Source: an uncultured Candidatus Rokubacteria bacterium (GTDB lineage: Bacteria; Methylomirabilota; Methylomirabilia; Rokubacteriales; CSP1-6). From it: 64,000 nucleotides of DNA. Positions 10,507 through 20,594 of the stretch are shown piece after piece. A program made the translations under genes and the position numbers. Position 1 is the stretch's first letter; each line of letters begins with the position of its first letter. The stretch spans positions 512,001 through 576,000 of the forward strand of contig CAVXJS010000011.1 of the NCBI GenBank assembly GCA_963762145.1, read 5' to 3'. Under the pieces are notes generated by a model. The model was not told the origin of the DNA, ran no database searches, and saw only the letters and a list, made by a program, of their open reading frames with translations.

Positions 10507-11013
10507 CTACGAGGCGGAAACGGCAGGCCGGTACTGCTCTACCGCGGGCGGTGGGAACGCGCCGGCGCGGCGCTCGCGATCGATGGCCGCTACCGTCTCC
10601 GTCACCTCTCGCTGCCAGGCGGACGGGATGGTGCCGGCCTCCACCTCGCGTCGATACTCGTCCCGGTCCAGCCACACGGCCCCGCCGTCAGCCCGGATCA
10701 GCAGGTCGAGCTTCAGGTCGACGAAGGAGAGCATCCCCTCGTACTCCTCCGGGGGCGCGCAAAGGTCGACATGGTGCCCGACCAGGCTCCCGAGCCCGTC
10801 GTGCACCGTGGTGATCGTGTACCAGCGGCCCGGGAAGAAGAACAGGGACCAGGTGAAGCCCGGACCCGCCAGGACCACGCCGCCCTTCGTCTTGGGGCGG
10901 CCCGCGGGACCGATGGCCACCACGGCCTGAGGGAGCGCCGCCACCTCGTATCGGAGGAGCCGCGGGTCCAGATCGGGCGCGTGCCGGAGATCGGCGAACT
11001 TCCGGTTCAGCAC
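10507..11013 (-). CDS. DUF402 (FomD/Ntdp-like) protein
   Basis: WYTI, HVDLCAPP, FVDLKLDLLI, WLDRDEY; GTG start overlaps the upstream stop. Confidence 0.75.
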   Translation of the reverse strand: MLNRKFADLRHAPDLDPRLLRYEVAALPQAVVAIGPAGRPKTKGGVVLAGPGFTWSLFFFPGRWYTITTVHDGLGSLVGHHVDLCAPPEEYEGMLSFVDLKLDLLIRADGGAVWLDRDEYRREVEAGTIPSAWQREVTETVAAIDRERRAGAFPPPAVEQYRPAVSAS

Positions 11014-12587
11014 TACAGTTTCGCAACCGCCCGGGAGAGGGCGGTCCGAAGCCGCTGGCCGGCCACGCGCTTCCACGGCCGCTTCAACGTGCGCTGCAAG
11101 GTGCGCAGCTCCGCCTGCTTGAGCTTGAGGTACCGGCCCACGGAGTCGGCCACCGCGGGTTCCGTCGAGACGTCCGAGCTGCGCATCAGGAAATCACGGA
11201 GCAGGCCGATCGTCACGTCGGCATCATGCAGCTCCCCGATGTGGTCCTGGAGATCGACGAGCGCCTCGAGGACGTCCGAGAGACCCGGCCCCAGCGGCTC
11301 GGCGAAGAATTCGAGCAGATACCGCAGGCGCTTGTCCTCGATCCGCAACGAGTGAATCGTCTCGATGGGCGCCCACTCCATGACCGTTTCATAGGCCCGC
11401 AACCGGGCGTAGTGGTCCCAGATCTCCGTGGGCAGGACGTGACGGACCAGGCGGGGCCGGGGCAAGTCATCCGAGGTGTCCTTCACTCCGGCGCCCTTCG
11501 ATGAGAGGAATTCGGCGAAACGCTGCGTGAAATCACGATAGGCTTCGTCATCGAGATGGCTCAGCAGCTTATGCCGTGCTTCGTCTCGCCGTGCGCGCCA
11601 TTCGTCGAGGAGGGGATCGAGCGCGGCGGCCTCGCCTTTCCGCGACGCGCCATAGGCCTCGGCCGCTTCGATCACGACGTCGAGGTCGCGCACCTCGCCC
11701 AGGTGGCCGGCCAGAGCTCGCAACTCGTCGCGGAAGGCTCCAACCGCCTTACGCTTGAAGTAGGGCAAGGCGATGCGGAAGGCGGCTCGCTGGCGGCGGG
11801 TCGCGACGCGCATGCGGTGGAGGGCTTCGGCGTCCTCGCCCTTGCGGGTGCCGGCCTCGTTGGCCAGCATGCGCTCGAAGTGAAAACGCAGGATCGTCCG
11901 TCCGGCCTCGGCCATCGACTCGTCGGCACGGACATCCGGCGCCCGCTTCTTCTTGGGCGTCGGCGCTCCGGACGTGTCGTCCAACAGGGCGAGCGCCCGT
12001 TCGAACTTGGAAGTCGATTGAGCTTTCAGGCCATACGGCCGAAGCGCCGCGGCGATGGCGTGAAGATCGTCTACCCGGCCCGAGGCTCCCAGCTCGATTT
12101 CGATCTCGCGGGCGAGCGATCTGCGTCCGGCTATGTTGGCTTCGACGGTATCGAGCGAGAGCTCGCCCACGACCCGATCCCCGCGTTCCACCGCGCGGCT
12201 GATCCGGAGCTGGCGGAGGGAGAACAGCTCGCCGAGAGGCCGACCTTCGCTCAGGCGGGTGACGGTGTCGTGAGCCGGACTCGCCGGCCAGTCCGCCGGG
12301 GTCGACTTCGGGGGCACTTCGCCTTCGTGCTCTTCACGCTGATGCACGGCGCCGTCCGCCCCGCCCAATCCCTTCACGGTCAGCAGCCAATGACGACCCG
12401 CTTCGCCCTCACGCAGCCGGCAGGCGTAGCCGCCGCGCAGGAGGTCGCGGTGCGCCGTGTCGAGGTAGTGATCGAGCACCTGCCGCTCTCCCATGGGGCG
12501 GAGGGCGTAGTCGCCCAGTGCTCGGAGCTCGAGCAGGGTGTCGAACTGGGCGGGCTCGGATACGGCATATTTGGCTTCGATTTCCAT
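11013..12587 (-). CDS. CYTH plus CHAD domain protein
   Basis: MEIEAKY, DHYLDT, EIEIEL (CYTH); LHRMRVATRR, RDLDV, LQDHIGELHD (CHAD). Confidence 0.9.
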   Translation of the reverse strand: MEIEAKYAVSEPAQFDTLLELRALGDYALRPMGERQVLDHYLDTAHRDLLRGGYACRLREGEAGRHWLLTVKGLGGADGAVHQREEHEGEVPPKSTPADWPASPAHDTVTRLSEGRPLGELFSLRQLRISRAVERGDRVVGELSLDTVEANIAGRRSLAREIEIELGASGRVDDLHAIAAALRPYGLKAQSTSKFERALALLDDTSGAPTPKKKRAPDVRADESMAEAGRTILRFHFERMLANEAGTRKGEDAEALHRMRVATRRQRAAFRIALPYFKRKAVGAFRDELRALAGHLGEVRDLDVVIEAAEAYGASRKGEAAALDPLLDEWRARRDEARHKLLSHLDDEAYRDFTQRFAEFLSSKGAGVKDTSDDLPRPRLVRHVLPTEIWDHYARLRAYETVMEWAPIETIHSLRIEDKRLRYLLEFFAEPLGPGLSDVLEALVDLQDHIGELHDADVTIGLLRDFLMRSSDVSTEPAVADSVGRYLKLKQAELRTLQRTLKRPWKRVAGQRLRTALSRAVAKL

Positions 12588-12709
12588 CGGGGCTGGCCTC
12601 GCGGTGATTATAGTCGTAAACGCGGGGAGACGGGCCCTCGGCCGAGGGTTTCTTCCGTCAGCACGAGCTCCACTATCGTGGCCGACGAGCCGACCGGAAG
12701 CTCAGCGGC

Positions 12710-12726
12710 TAGGCCTAAGGTCCTAT
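12710..12726. promoter_or_regulatory. Recurrent operator-like motif, copy 1 (TAGGCCTAAGGTCCTAT)
   Basis: One of six similar 17-mers at gene boundaries. Confidence 0.6.
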
Positions 12727-12907
12727 ATACTGCCAGCCGGTCGCCGGCTTGAAATGCGTCCCACGGCTCGCGAGCGGGAGCGTCCGTCAGACGCGGTCTT
12801 CTCGATCTGGCAGGGGGTTCGAAGCCGTGCTCGGCTGACGGTTCGGCTGCGTGGCGGAGAAGTGCTCAGCCGTAGTGCCCGGAGGCGCTGCAAGCGAGAG
12901 GCAGTGT

Positions 12908-14326
12908 ATGAAGACCAAGGTCAAGCAATTGTCACCAATGGATAGCACGAATGGTCACGGCACCGCGCTCAGCGACGCGCCGTATCGCTCTCAGGCCGAG
13001 CGCCGGGCCGAGGGAAAGCGGCTGCGCGACGCCGTGCCTCGCACTGAGCATAGCGGATGGAAGCCGCCCATGGAGCGTCCTGATCCGGTCGAGCTGGTGC
13101 TGGCGCAGAACGAGGGCAGGGTGCTGGACCTCGTGCCGATTCGCCACGGTCGCATGTCACAGTCGGCCTTCGCCTTCTATCGCGGGACCGCCGCGATCAT
13201 GGCCGCCGACCTGGCCCACACCCCGAGCACCGGCCTCAGGGTGCAGGCCTGTGGCGACGCCCATCTTTCGAACTTCGGGGCCTTTGCCACGCCCGAGCGC
13301 GGCCTGATCTTCGACGTCAATGACCTGGATGAAACGCTTCCCGCCCCATGGGAATGGGACGTCAAGCGCTTGGCCGCCAGCGTGGTCCTGGCCGGGCGGC
13401 ATATCCAGCTCAAACAGAAAGAGACGGCGCGCGCCGCACGCGCCGCGGTGCGCTCATACCGGGAACACATGGCGGAGTACGCCTTCATGAAAGCGCTGGA
13501 CATCTGGTACGACCGGATCGACCTGCAACGCCTGCTCGATGCGACGCCGGACGAAGAGACGCGCGCGCAGACGATCAAAGCTGTCGAGAAGGCGCGCGGC
13601 CGCACTGTGGCCGAGCACGATTTCCCAAAGCTCGCCGAGCACGTTCGCTCGACGCCGCGCATCAAGGATAATCCACCGCTCATCTTCCATGCCGCCGACA
13701 TGGCGGGCGACGAGGACATCAAGGCAGCATGGGCGCTCTACCACGACGCACTGCCCGAGCACATGCGCGTCCTCTTCGACCGCTTTCATCTGTGCGACAT
13801 GGCGGTGAAGGTCGTTGGCGTGGGCAGCGTCGGTACGATGTGCTTGATCGCCCTCTTCATGGCCGCGGACGACGACCCGCTGTTCCTGCAGATCAAGCAG
13901 GCAAGGCAGTCGGTGCTTGAGCCCTTTGCCGGGAAGAGTCTGCACGGCAACCACGGTCAGCGCGTCATCGTCGGCCAGCGCCTGATACAGTCGGCGAGCG
14001 ACAGCTTCCTGGGGTGGACGCAGTCACAGCGAGGGAACCACTTCTACATACGCCAGCTCCGCGACATGAAGATTTCGGCGGACATTGACAGCTGGCACGA
14101 TCAGGTACTGCGGCGATACGCGGGACTGTGCGGGTGGGCGCTGGCGCGAGCGCACGCTCGCTCGGGCGACGCGGCCATGATCGCGGGCTACATGGGATCG
14201 GGCGGCACCTTGGACGAGGCGATCTGCGACTTTGCCGGCGACTATGCCGATCAGGCCGAGCGTGATCACAAGGCGTTCGTCAAGGCGATCAGAGAGGGAC
14301 GGGTCAAAGCGGTCATTGAGTCCTAG
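12908..14326 (+). CDS. DUF2252 family protein
   Basis: IRHGRM, FYRGTAA, CGDAHLSNFG, FDVNDLDE, KVVGVGSVG, LARAHARSGD. Confidence 0.92.
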   Translation: MKTKVKQLSPMDSTNGHGTALSDAPYRSQAERRAEGKRLRDAVPRTEHSGWKPPMERPDPVELVLAQNEGRVLDLVPIRHGRMSQSAFAFYRGTAAIMAADLAHTPSTGLRVQACGDAHLSNFGAFATPERGLIFDVNDLDETLPAPWEWDVKRLAASVVLAGRHIQLKQKETARAARAAVRSYREHMAEYAFMKALDIWYDRIDLQRLLDATPDEETRAQTIKAVEKARGRTVAEHDFPKLAEHVRSTPRIKDNPPLIFHAADMAGDEDIKAAWALYHDALPEHMRVLFDRFHLCDMAVKVVGVGSVGTMCLIALFMAADDDPLFLQIKQARQSVLEPFAGKSLHGNHGQRVIVGQRLIQSASDSFLGWTQSQRGNHFYIRQLRDMKISADIDSWHDQVLRRYAGLCGWALARAHARSGDAAMIAGYMGSGGTLDEAICDFAGDYADQAERDHKAFVKAIREGRVKAVIES

Positions 14327-14335
14327 GCTGGCGGC

Positions 14336-15547
14336 ATGAGCAATACCGGAGTGGAGGGGTCGAAGCCGCTACCGGACCCGTACGACTTCTCGCTGGTCCT
14401 GGGCGGCCCCCTGTTCCAGCTCGTCGCGCGCGCCCGTCTGTCCGGCAACGCGCTGGAGCTGCTGGTCCGCCGGGTCATCGTGATCTCGCTCTTCGCATGG
14501 CTCCCGCTGTTGATCCTGTCGATGCTGGGTGGGCGCGCGTGGGGTGACGGGGTGACGGTGCCGTTCCTGGTGGACCTCGAGGTGCATGCCCGGTTCCTGC
14601 TGGCGCTGCCCCTGCTCATCGTGGCGGAGCTGGTGGTGCACCAGCGGATGCGCCCGGTGGCTCGGCAGTTCCTGGAGCGCGGCCTGATTCCCGAGAGGTC
14701 CCGGGCGCGGTTCGACCTCGCCATGGCCTCCGCCGTGCGCCTCCGAAACTCGATAGCGGCGGAAGTGTTGCTGATTGCATTGGTGTACCTCGTCGGCGCG
14801 CTCTATGTCTGGCCTCGGTTCAACATCGGCCTGGCGGTGTCGACGTGGTATGCGGTGCCGACCGGCGGCGGCCAGCACCTGTCTCCGGCCGGGTGGTGGC
14901 TCGTCTATGTGAGCCTTCCGCTGTTCCAGTTCATCCTCTTCCGCTGGTATTTCCGGTTGTTCGTGTGGGTGCGTTTCCTCTGGCAGGTGGCGCGGTGCGA
15001 GCTCAGCCTGGTACCCACGCACCCGGATCGTGCCGGCGGCCTCGGCTTCCTGTCTCTTACCGTGGTCGCGTTCGCGCCCGTGCTGCTGGCCCACGGAGTG
15101 CTGCTCTCCGGGCTGATCGCCGATCGGATCTTCTTTCACGCCGCGAGCCTGCTGGACTTCAAGGCGCAGGTGGCCGTGGTCGTCGTCTTCCTGCTGGCGA
15201 TCGTGTTGGGGCCGCTCCTGCTCTTCATGCCGCACCTCGGATCGGCGAGGCGCGTCGGTCTGCGCGAGTACGGGACCCTGGCCCAGCGCTACGTACGGGA
15301 GTTCGACGACAAGTGGCTCCGCGGGCGCGCGCCGGCCGACGAGCCGCTGGTGGGGAGCGCAGACGTCCAGTCCCTCGCGGACCTGGGCAATAGCTTCGAG
15401 CTCGTCCGGAGTATGCGCGTCGTGCCGTTCACGAGGGACACCTTGGTCCAGCTCGCGGTGATCACGCTTCTGCCGCTGGTCCCGCTCCTCCTCACGATGG
15501 TGTCGCTGGAGGAGCTGTTGAAGGGCCTGCTCAAGGTCGTGTTCTGA
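14336..15547 (+). CDS. Conserved hypothetical integral membrane protein
   Basis: 403 aa, multiple TM; FSLVLGGPLF, THPDRAGGLGFL, DVQSLADL. Confidence 0.8.
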   Translation: MSNTGVEGSKPLPDPYDFSLVLGGPLFQLVARARLSGNALELLVRRVIVISLFAWLPLLILSMLGGRAWGDGVTVPFLVDLEVHARFLLALPLLIVAELVVHQRMRPVARQFLERGLIPERSRARFDLAMASAVRLRNSIAAEVLLIALVYLVGALYVWPRFNIGLAVSTWYAVPTGGGQHLSPAGWWLVYVSLPLFQFILFRWYFRLFVWVRFLWQVARCELSLVPTHPDRAGGLGFLSLTVVAFAPVLLAHGVLLSGLIADRIFFHAASLLDFKAQVAVVVVFLLAIVLGPLLLFMPHLGSARRVGLREYGTLAQRYVREFDDKWLRGRAPADEPLVGSADVQSLADLGNSFELVRSMRVVPFTRDTLVQLAVITLLPLVPLLLTMVSLEELLKGLLKVVF

Positions 15548-15555
15548 GTCGGGCG

Positions 15556-15572
15556 TAGCCCTAAGGTCCCAT
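15556..15572. promoter_or_regulatory. Recurrent motif, copy 2 (TAGCCCTAAGGTCCCAT)
   Basis: 15/17 identical to copy 1. Confidence 0.5.
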
Positions 15573-15768
15573 AGCGGTGCGTCCGGACTGAGCTAGAGTC
15601 GGCAGATCGGCAAGTTCTTTTCGTAGGGACGGCAAACAGACAGCCTCCGCCCCCTCCCTGACCTCGCGCCGGGGGCGCAACCCGGCGGCACTTGCGCGCC
15701 GCGCGGATCGGCCCCCGCCTAGACTGCTTCTCCTCAGGGCTGGATGAGGTTCGCGCCTTGGCAATCCC

Positions 15769-18503
15769 TCAATCCCCGCCCTTCTTTTCTCCGCCCACCT
15801 GCTCCCTCACGAGCCGGGCGGACACTTGCCCGAGCTCCAGCTCCAGGTCCTTGGTGTCGATACGCCCGAACAGGTCGAGCAGGCGCGCGACCAACCCGGT
15901 CCACCCCGTCTGGTGGCTGGCGCCGAGCCCCGCGCCGTTGTCACCCTGGAAGTATTCGATAGAAGAGGATCAGATCGCGCCAGTGCGGATCGTCCTGGAA
16001 CTTGGCGGTCCCGCCGTACACCGGCCGCCGTCCGTTGGCGTCGCGCAGGAACGTACTGGCCAGCCGGCGGGAGAGCTCTCGGGCCACTTCGAAGAGCGTC
16101 ATGTACTGCCCCGAACCCGTCGGACATTGAACCTTGAAGTCATCGCCGTAGAAGCTATACAGGTTCAAGAGCGCGCGGACCAGCAGGGCATTGACGGGCA
16201 TCCAGACGGGGCCCCGCCAGTTGGAGTTGCCGCCGAACATCCCGGTATTCGATTCGCCCGGCAGGTACTGGACCTTGTATTCCTGACCCCCGACGTGAAA
16301 CACGAACGGATGATCCAGGTGATACCGCGAGACCGAGCGAATCCCGTGGGGCCCGAGAAACTCGTTCTCGTCGAGCATGTAGGCGAGCACGCGCTCCAGC
16401 TTCTGCTTGTTGAGGATCGACAAGAGACGCCGTCCTTTGTAGCCGACGAACCCCTCGTCGGTCGGGGCCACATGGGACACGACCTTGGGATGGCGTTTCT
16501 TGAACAGGGCGATCATCTCCATCAGCTTCGGATAAGCGACTGGCCGCATCCCCCTCGAACACCGTCGACGCACACAGCGGCAGGAGCCCCACCAGCGACC
16601 GCACCTTCAAGCGCATCGCCTGGCCGTCGGGCAGCCGCAGCAGATCGTAGAAGAATCCGTCCTGTTCGTCCCACATCTCGTCGTGATGCTCGCCGATGCG
16701 GTCCATCGCGTAGGCGATCCACACGAAATGCTCGACGAACTTGTAGGCGATCTCTTCGTACATCGGGTCGTATTCGGTGAGAATGAGGGCGATCTCCAGC
16801 ATGTTCTGGCAGTAAAACGCCATCCAGGCCGTCCCGTCCGCCTGCTCCAGCGAGCCGCCCGTGGGGAGCTGGGCGCTCCGGTCGAAGACGCCGATGTTGT
16901 CGAGGCCGAGAAATCCCCCGGCGAACACGTTGCGCCCGGCGGGGTCCTTGCGGTTGACCCACCAGCTGAAGTTCAGCATCAACCCCTGAAACGACCGCTC
17001 CAGGAACCGCAGATCCGCCCGGCCGAGGGTCCGCTCCGTCTTGTAGAGGAAGAGGGTGGCCCAGGCGTGCACCGGGGGATTCACATCGCCGAAGTTCCAC
17101 TCGTAGGCGGGAATTTGCCCATTGGGGTGGGCATAGAGACCGCGCAGCATCAGCAGCAGCTGCTCCTTGGCGAAATCAAAGTCCACCAGCGACAGGGAGA
17201 TCGTGTGGAACGCCAGGTCCCAGGCCGCATACCAGGGGTACTCCCACTTGTCCGGCATCGAGATCACATCGGCGTTCAGCATGTGAAACCATTCCGTGTT
17301 CCGCACGCCGCGGCCAGCGGATTCCATGAGCGGATGACTCCGGTGCTCCTGAAGCCATCGATCCAGATCGAAGTAGTAGTACTGCTTGCTCCACAGCATG
17401 CCCGCCAGCGCCTGGCGGTGCACCCGCCGTTCATCTTCGTTCAGCGAGGTCGGCGAGATCCGATCGTAGAACTCGTCCGCGTCGGCGAGTCGGCTCTTGA
17501 ATATCCCCTCGAAGTCGCCAAAGGCCTTGTCCACCCGGGCGGCCGCCAGACGGAGGCGGACGGTCTGGCTTCCGCCTCCGGGCACGTCGAGGACATAGTG
17601 GGCCGCCGCCTTGGTCCCGACCTTGGCGGGGTTCACCGCCTCGCCGCGGCCCGAGATGACGTACTCGTGGAAGGCGTCCTTGACATACGGGGTCGCATTG
17701 GGCTGGCTCCAGAGCCGGGACGCGTTGCTCTCATTCTCGGTGAAGAGCAACTCCGGGGCGCCATCGCAATGCAGCCAGTACTCGCCCAGCTCAGGGTGGG
17801 TGGTCTGAATGGTGCCGGGTCCCACCTCGCGAAGCGACGGCTTCGGCTGATCGTCGCCCCACGACCAGGTGTTGCGGAACCAGAGGGTCGGCAAGAGACG
17901 AAGCCGGGCCGCTTCGGGTCCCCGATTATGCACGGTGATGCGAACGAGGACGTCTTCCGGGCCCTTCTTCGCGTACTCGACGAACACGTCGAAATAGCGG
18001 TCGTCGCCGAAGACGCCGGTATCGAGCAGCTCGTACTCGAACTCTTCCCGCGACCTGTTTCGATTCGTGTCGATCAGGTCCCGGTAGGGATACTCCCGCT
18101 GCGGGTACTTGTAGAGATACTTCATGTACGAGTGGGTCGGGGTGCTGTCGAGGTAGAAGTAGTACTCCTTCACGTCCTCGCCATGGTTCGCCTCGCTGTT
18201 GGTGAGCCCGAACAGGCGCTCCTTCAGGATAGGGTCCTGCCCGTTCCACAACGCCAGCGCGAAGCACAGCTGTTGCTTGTCATCGGAGAGGCCCGCAAGC
18301 CCGTCCTCGCCCCACCGGTAGGCTCGGGAGCGGGCCTGATCATGGGTGAAGTAGTCCCAGGCGTTGCCGTCCTCGCTGTAGTCCTCGCGGACCGTCCCCC
18401 ACTGGCGCTCGCTGAGATAGGGGCCCCATTTTTTCCACGGGATGTGTGTCTCGCGGGCCTCGTTCAAGCGTTTCTGCTCTGTGACATCCTTCAGAATAGC
18501 CAT
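15769..18503 (-). CDS. MGH1/GH63-like glycoside hydrolase (glucosidase), frameshifts near 16540 and 15958
   Basis: [37 protein letters not shown]-terminal [17 protein letters not shown] in a third frame. Confidence 0.88.
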
Positions 18504-18607
18504 GTCGCGCCTCCTACCCTCCCCAGGACAGGAGTTTCCCGAACAACATCGTCACCGCCACGGTCACCGTGAACGCCCACCATTCGCTCATCGCGAGATC
18601 CTCCTGA

Positions 18608-19042
18608 TCAGCTGCCCTTGACCCAGGTCTGGGTCTTGTAGAAGACGCCGAGGTAGCCGCGGACCTTGAGCTTGCCTTCCTCGGTCCAGACCTCCGCCTT
18701 GTAGACCTTGCCGTCCTCCGGGTCCAGGATCGTGCCGCCCTTGAAGCGATCTCCGTCGGGCTTGAGGTCCTTCATGATGACGAGGCCGATGATCGGCTTG
18801 TCCTTGTCGTCGCCCTTGCAGGCGGTGCAGGTCTTCGGCTTGCCCGCCTTGTCAGTGGGCTCGGTCAGGCCCGTGATCGTGCCGGTCAGCTTGCCGCCCT
18901 GCTCGGTGATCTGCACCTCGGATACCGGCTTGCCGGTCTTCTCGTCGATCGTCTGCCACTTGCCGATCGGTGCCTCGGCCGCCGCGGCCAAGCCGACACC
19001 GGCCACCATACCCAGAACCACCAATCCCCACGTTCGCCTCAT
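18608..19042 (-). CDS. DUF2147 exported protein
   Basis: Signal peptide; GKWQTID, CTAC, GTILDPEDGKVY, VRGYLG..QTW. Confidence 0.88.
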   Translation of the reverse strand: MRRTWGLVVLGMVAGVGLAAAAEAPIGKWQTIDEKTGKPVSEVQITEQGGKLTGTITGLTEPTDKAGKPKTCTACKGDDKDKPIIGLVIMKDLKPDGDRFKGGTILDPEDGKVYKAEVWTEEGKLKVRGYLGVFYKTQTWVKGS

Positions 19043-19064
19043 GGACAGCCTCCTCTCCGGTTGG

Positions 19065-19325
19065 TCAGTTCTGGAAGACCTTGGTCGACTCCACGGTGAC
19101 GGCCTTGCCCCACCAGCTCTGGGTCTGGGCCGCGGCCACATCGGACCGAGTGACCCTCGGATTGGCTTCCTGCGCGTCATTGCGGATCGAGAAGCCCATG
19201 TGCTGGTCGGACGCGAAGTGCGAGGTGTGGCCCCGCCACTCGGCCCACTCCTCGGCCGTCGCGCAGCCACCGGCCGCCAAGATGCTGCCACCCACCAGAA
19301 GTGCCTTCATTGCCCGTGTGCTCAT
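19065..19325 (-). CDS. Small hypothetical lipoprotein
   Basis: 86 aa, lipobox-like AAGGC, RBS GGGGGAG. Confidence 0.7.
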   Translation of the reverse strand: MSTRAMKALLVGGSILAAGGCATAEEWAEWRGHTSHFASDQHMGFSIRNDAQEANPRVTRSDVAAAQTQSWWGKAVTVESTKVFQN

Positions 19326-19408
19326 CGCGCTCCCCCAAGGGTGAAGATTGAAATACGGCCACGGCTCAGGATGCCGCTGAGACTAGTCCCGAAGGCGCAG
19401 CCCGCCTA

Positions 19409-19425
19409 TAGGACCAAGTGCCTAT
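19409..19425. promoter_or_regulatory. Recurrent motif, copy 3 (TAGGACCAAGTGCCTAT)
   Basis: Intergenic, upstream of the lipoprotein gene. Confidence 0.5.
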
Positions 19426-19442
19426 GTCCACCCTCGTCTCGG

Positions 19443-20459
19443 TCAGCGGCCGGCGGCGCCGGGCAGCCCGGCGCGGATGCGGCGCGAGAAGTCCGGCGCC
19501 TGATCGGCAGCCTGGGCGGCGGCGTTGACGCGGGAGCGTCGCTGGAGCTCCTCGAAGGGTAGGCTCCGGTCCATGCGGCCCGACTCGTAGACGTAGGCCG
19601 GCGCGTAGCCGCTCACGAGTACCTTCCAGGACAAGGGGAGGGAGTCCTGGTTCACGCGGGTGTTCATGAGGATCGCGGTGGTGCAGTTGGTGGTGAGCGT
19701 GTTGTAGAACTCCGGGCGCTCGCGCAGCGTGTTCATCTGGCGCACGTATTCGAGGAAGATGCTCCGGATGTTCTCGGGGGGCACGCGCAGGGGGTAGACG
19801 TAGAAGTCCTCCGGCGGGTCCTTGCGATAGTTGGTCCTGAGCCGGACCACGTCGCGCTCGTCGGCCACGACGTAGTAGAGCTCGTACTGCCGGAAGAAGC
19901 CCTTGACCGAGGAGTAGCCCTCGCCCTTCTCCTTGCGGGCCTCGATGGAAATGGCGAGGTGGTCGTCGCCGAAGCCGAACGAGACGAAGAGGTGGGCGAT
20001 GGCCGGCCCCATCCAGTACACGGCCATGAGGTCCCCCGAGTCCAGCTTCTTCAGGTCGTAGGTGCGATCGGAATAGGCGGGGGTGAAGTCGGTCTCGGTG
20101 CGGTAGTCGAAGTTCCTGACGTTGTGCACCGTGACCTGGTCGCCGTCGATCGTCGCGTAGGCGAGCCGGGCGACCTCGGGCTGCCAGTCGCGCTCGTTCG
20201 ACGGCTGGATGCCGCTCCATCAGCCCGCGATTGCGACAAGCGCGACCGCGAAGGCGGGCAGGGCAAACCGGAGGCCCCGATGAAGCACGAGCGCGACGAC
20301 GGCGGTGAGCCCGGCCACGCCGTACGCGGCGGCCAGGACGAGCCGCCCCTTGTCGCCGCCGGGCCCCACGACCGTCAGAGCCAGCGCGCCCCAGCCCGTG
20401 AGCGCCAGCACCGCGAGAGCTGCGAGCCAGCGAACCGAGCCGGTCAGGAAGCGGCGCAC
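19443..20459 (-). pseudogene. DUF4105 (Lnb-like) protein interrupted by in-frame TGA at 20222-20220
   Basis: One frame: AIAG*WSGIQPSNERDWQPEVA...HNVRNFDY...AHLFVSFGF...YNTLTTNCTT. Confidence 0.75.
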
Positions 20460-20515
20460 GAGCCTTCACCCTCGAGCATCGGGGGGAGTGTGTCCGTCCA
20501 GGTCTGCTCGGTCAA

Positions 20516-20532
20516 TAGGCCGAAGGTGTTAT
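20516..20532. promoter_or_regulatory. Recurrent motif, copy 4 (TAGGCCGAAGGTGTTAT)
   Basis: Between divergent genes; 14/17 identical to copy 1. Confidence 0.55.
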
Positions 20533-20594
20533 TGTCGGGGCGCTCGCGTCCTCATATGCTGCCGGTCGTGCCCGACCCAACCCTGAGGAGGAGG

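Noticed and set aside
10400-19000. Apparently lower-GC stretch as a genomic island
   Set aside because: Impression by eye only; no integrase, tRNA or att repeats; needs a computed GC/codon profile
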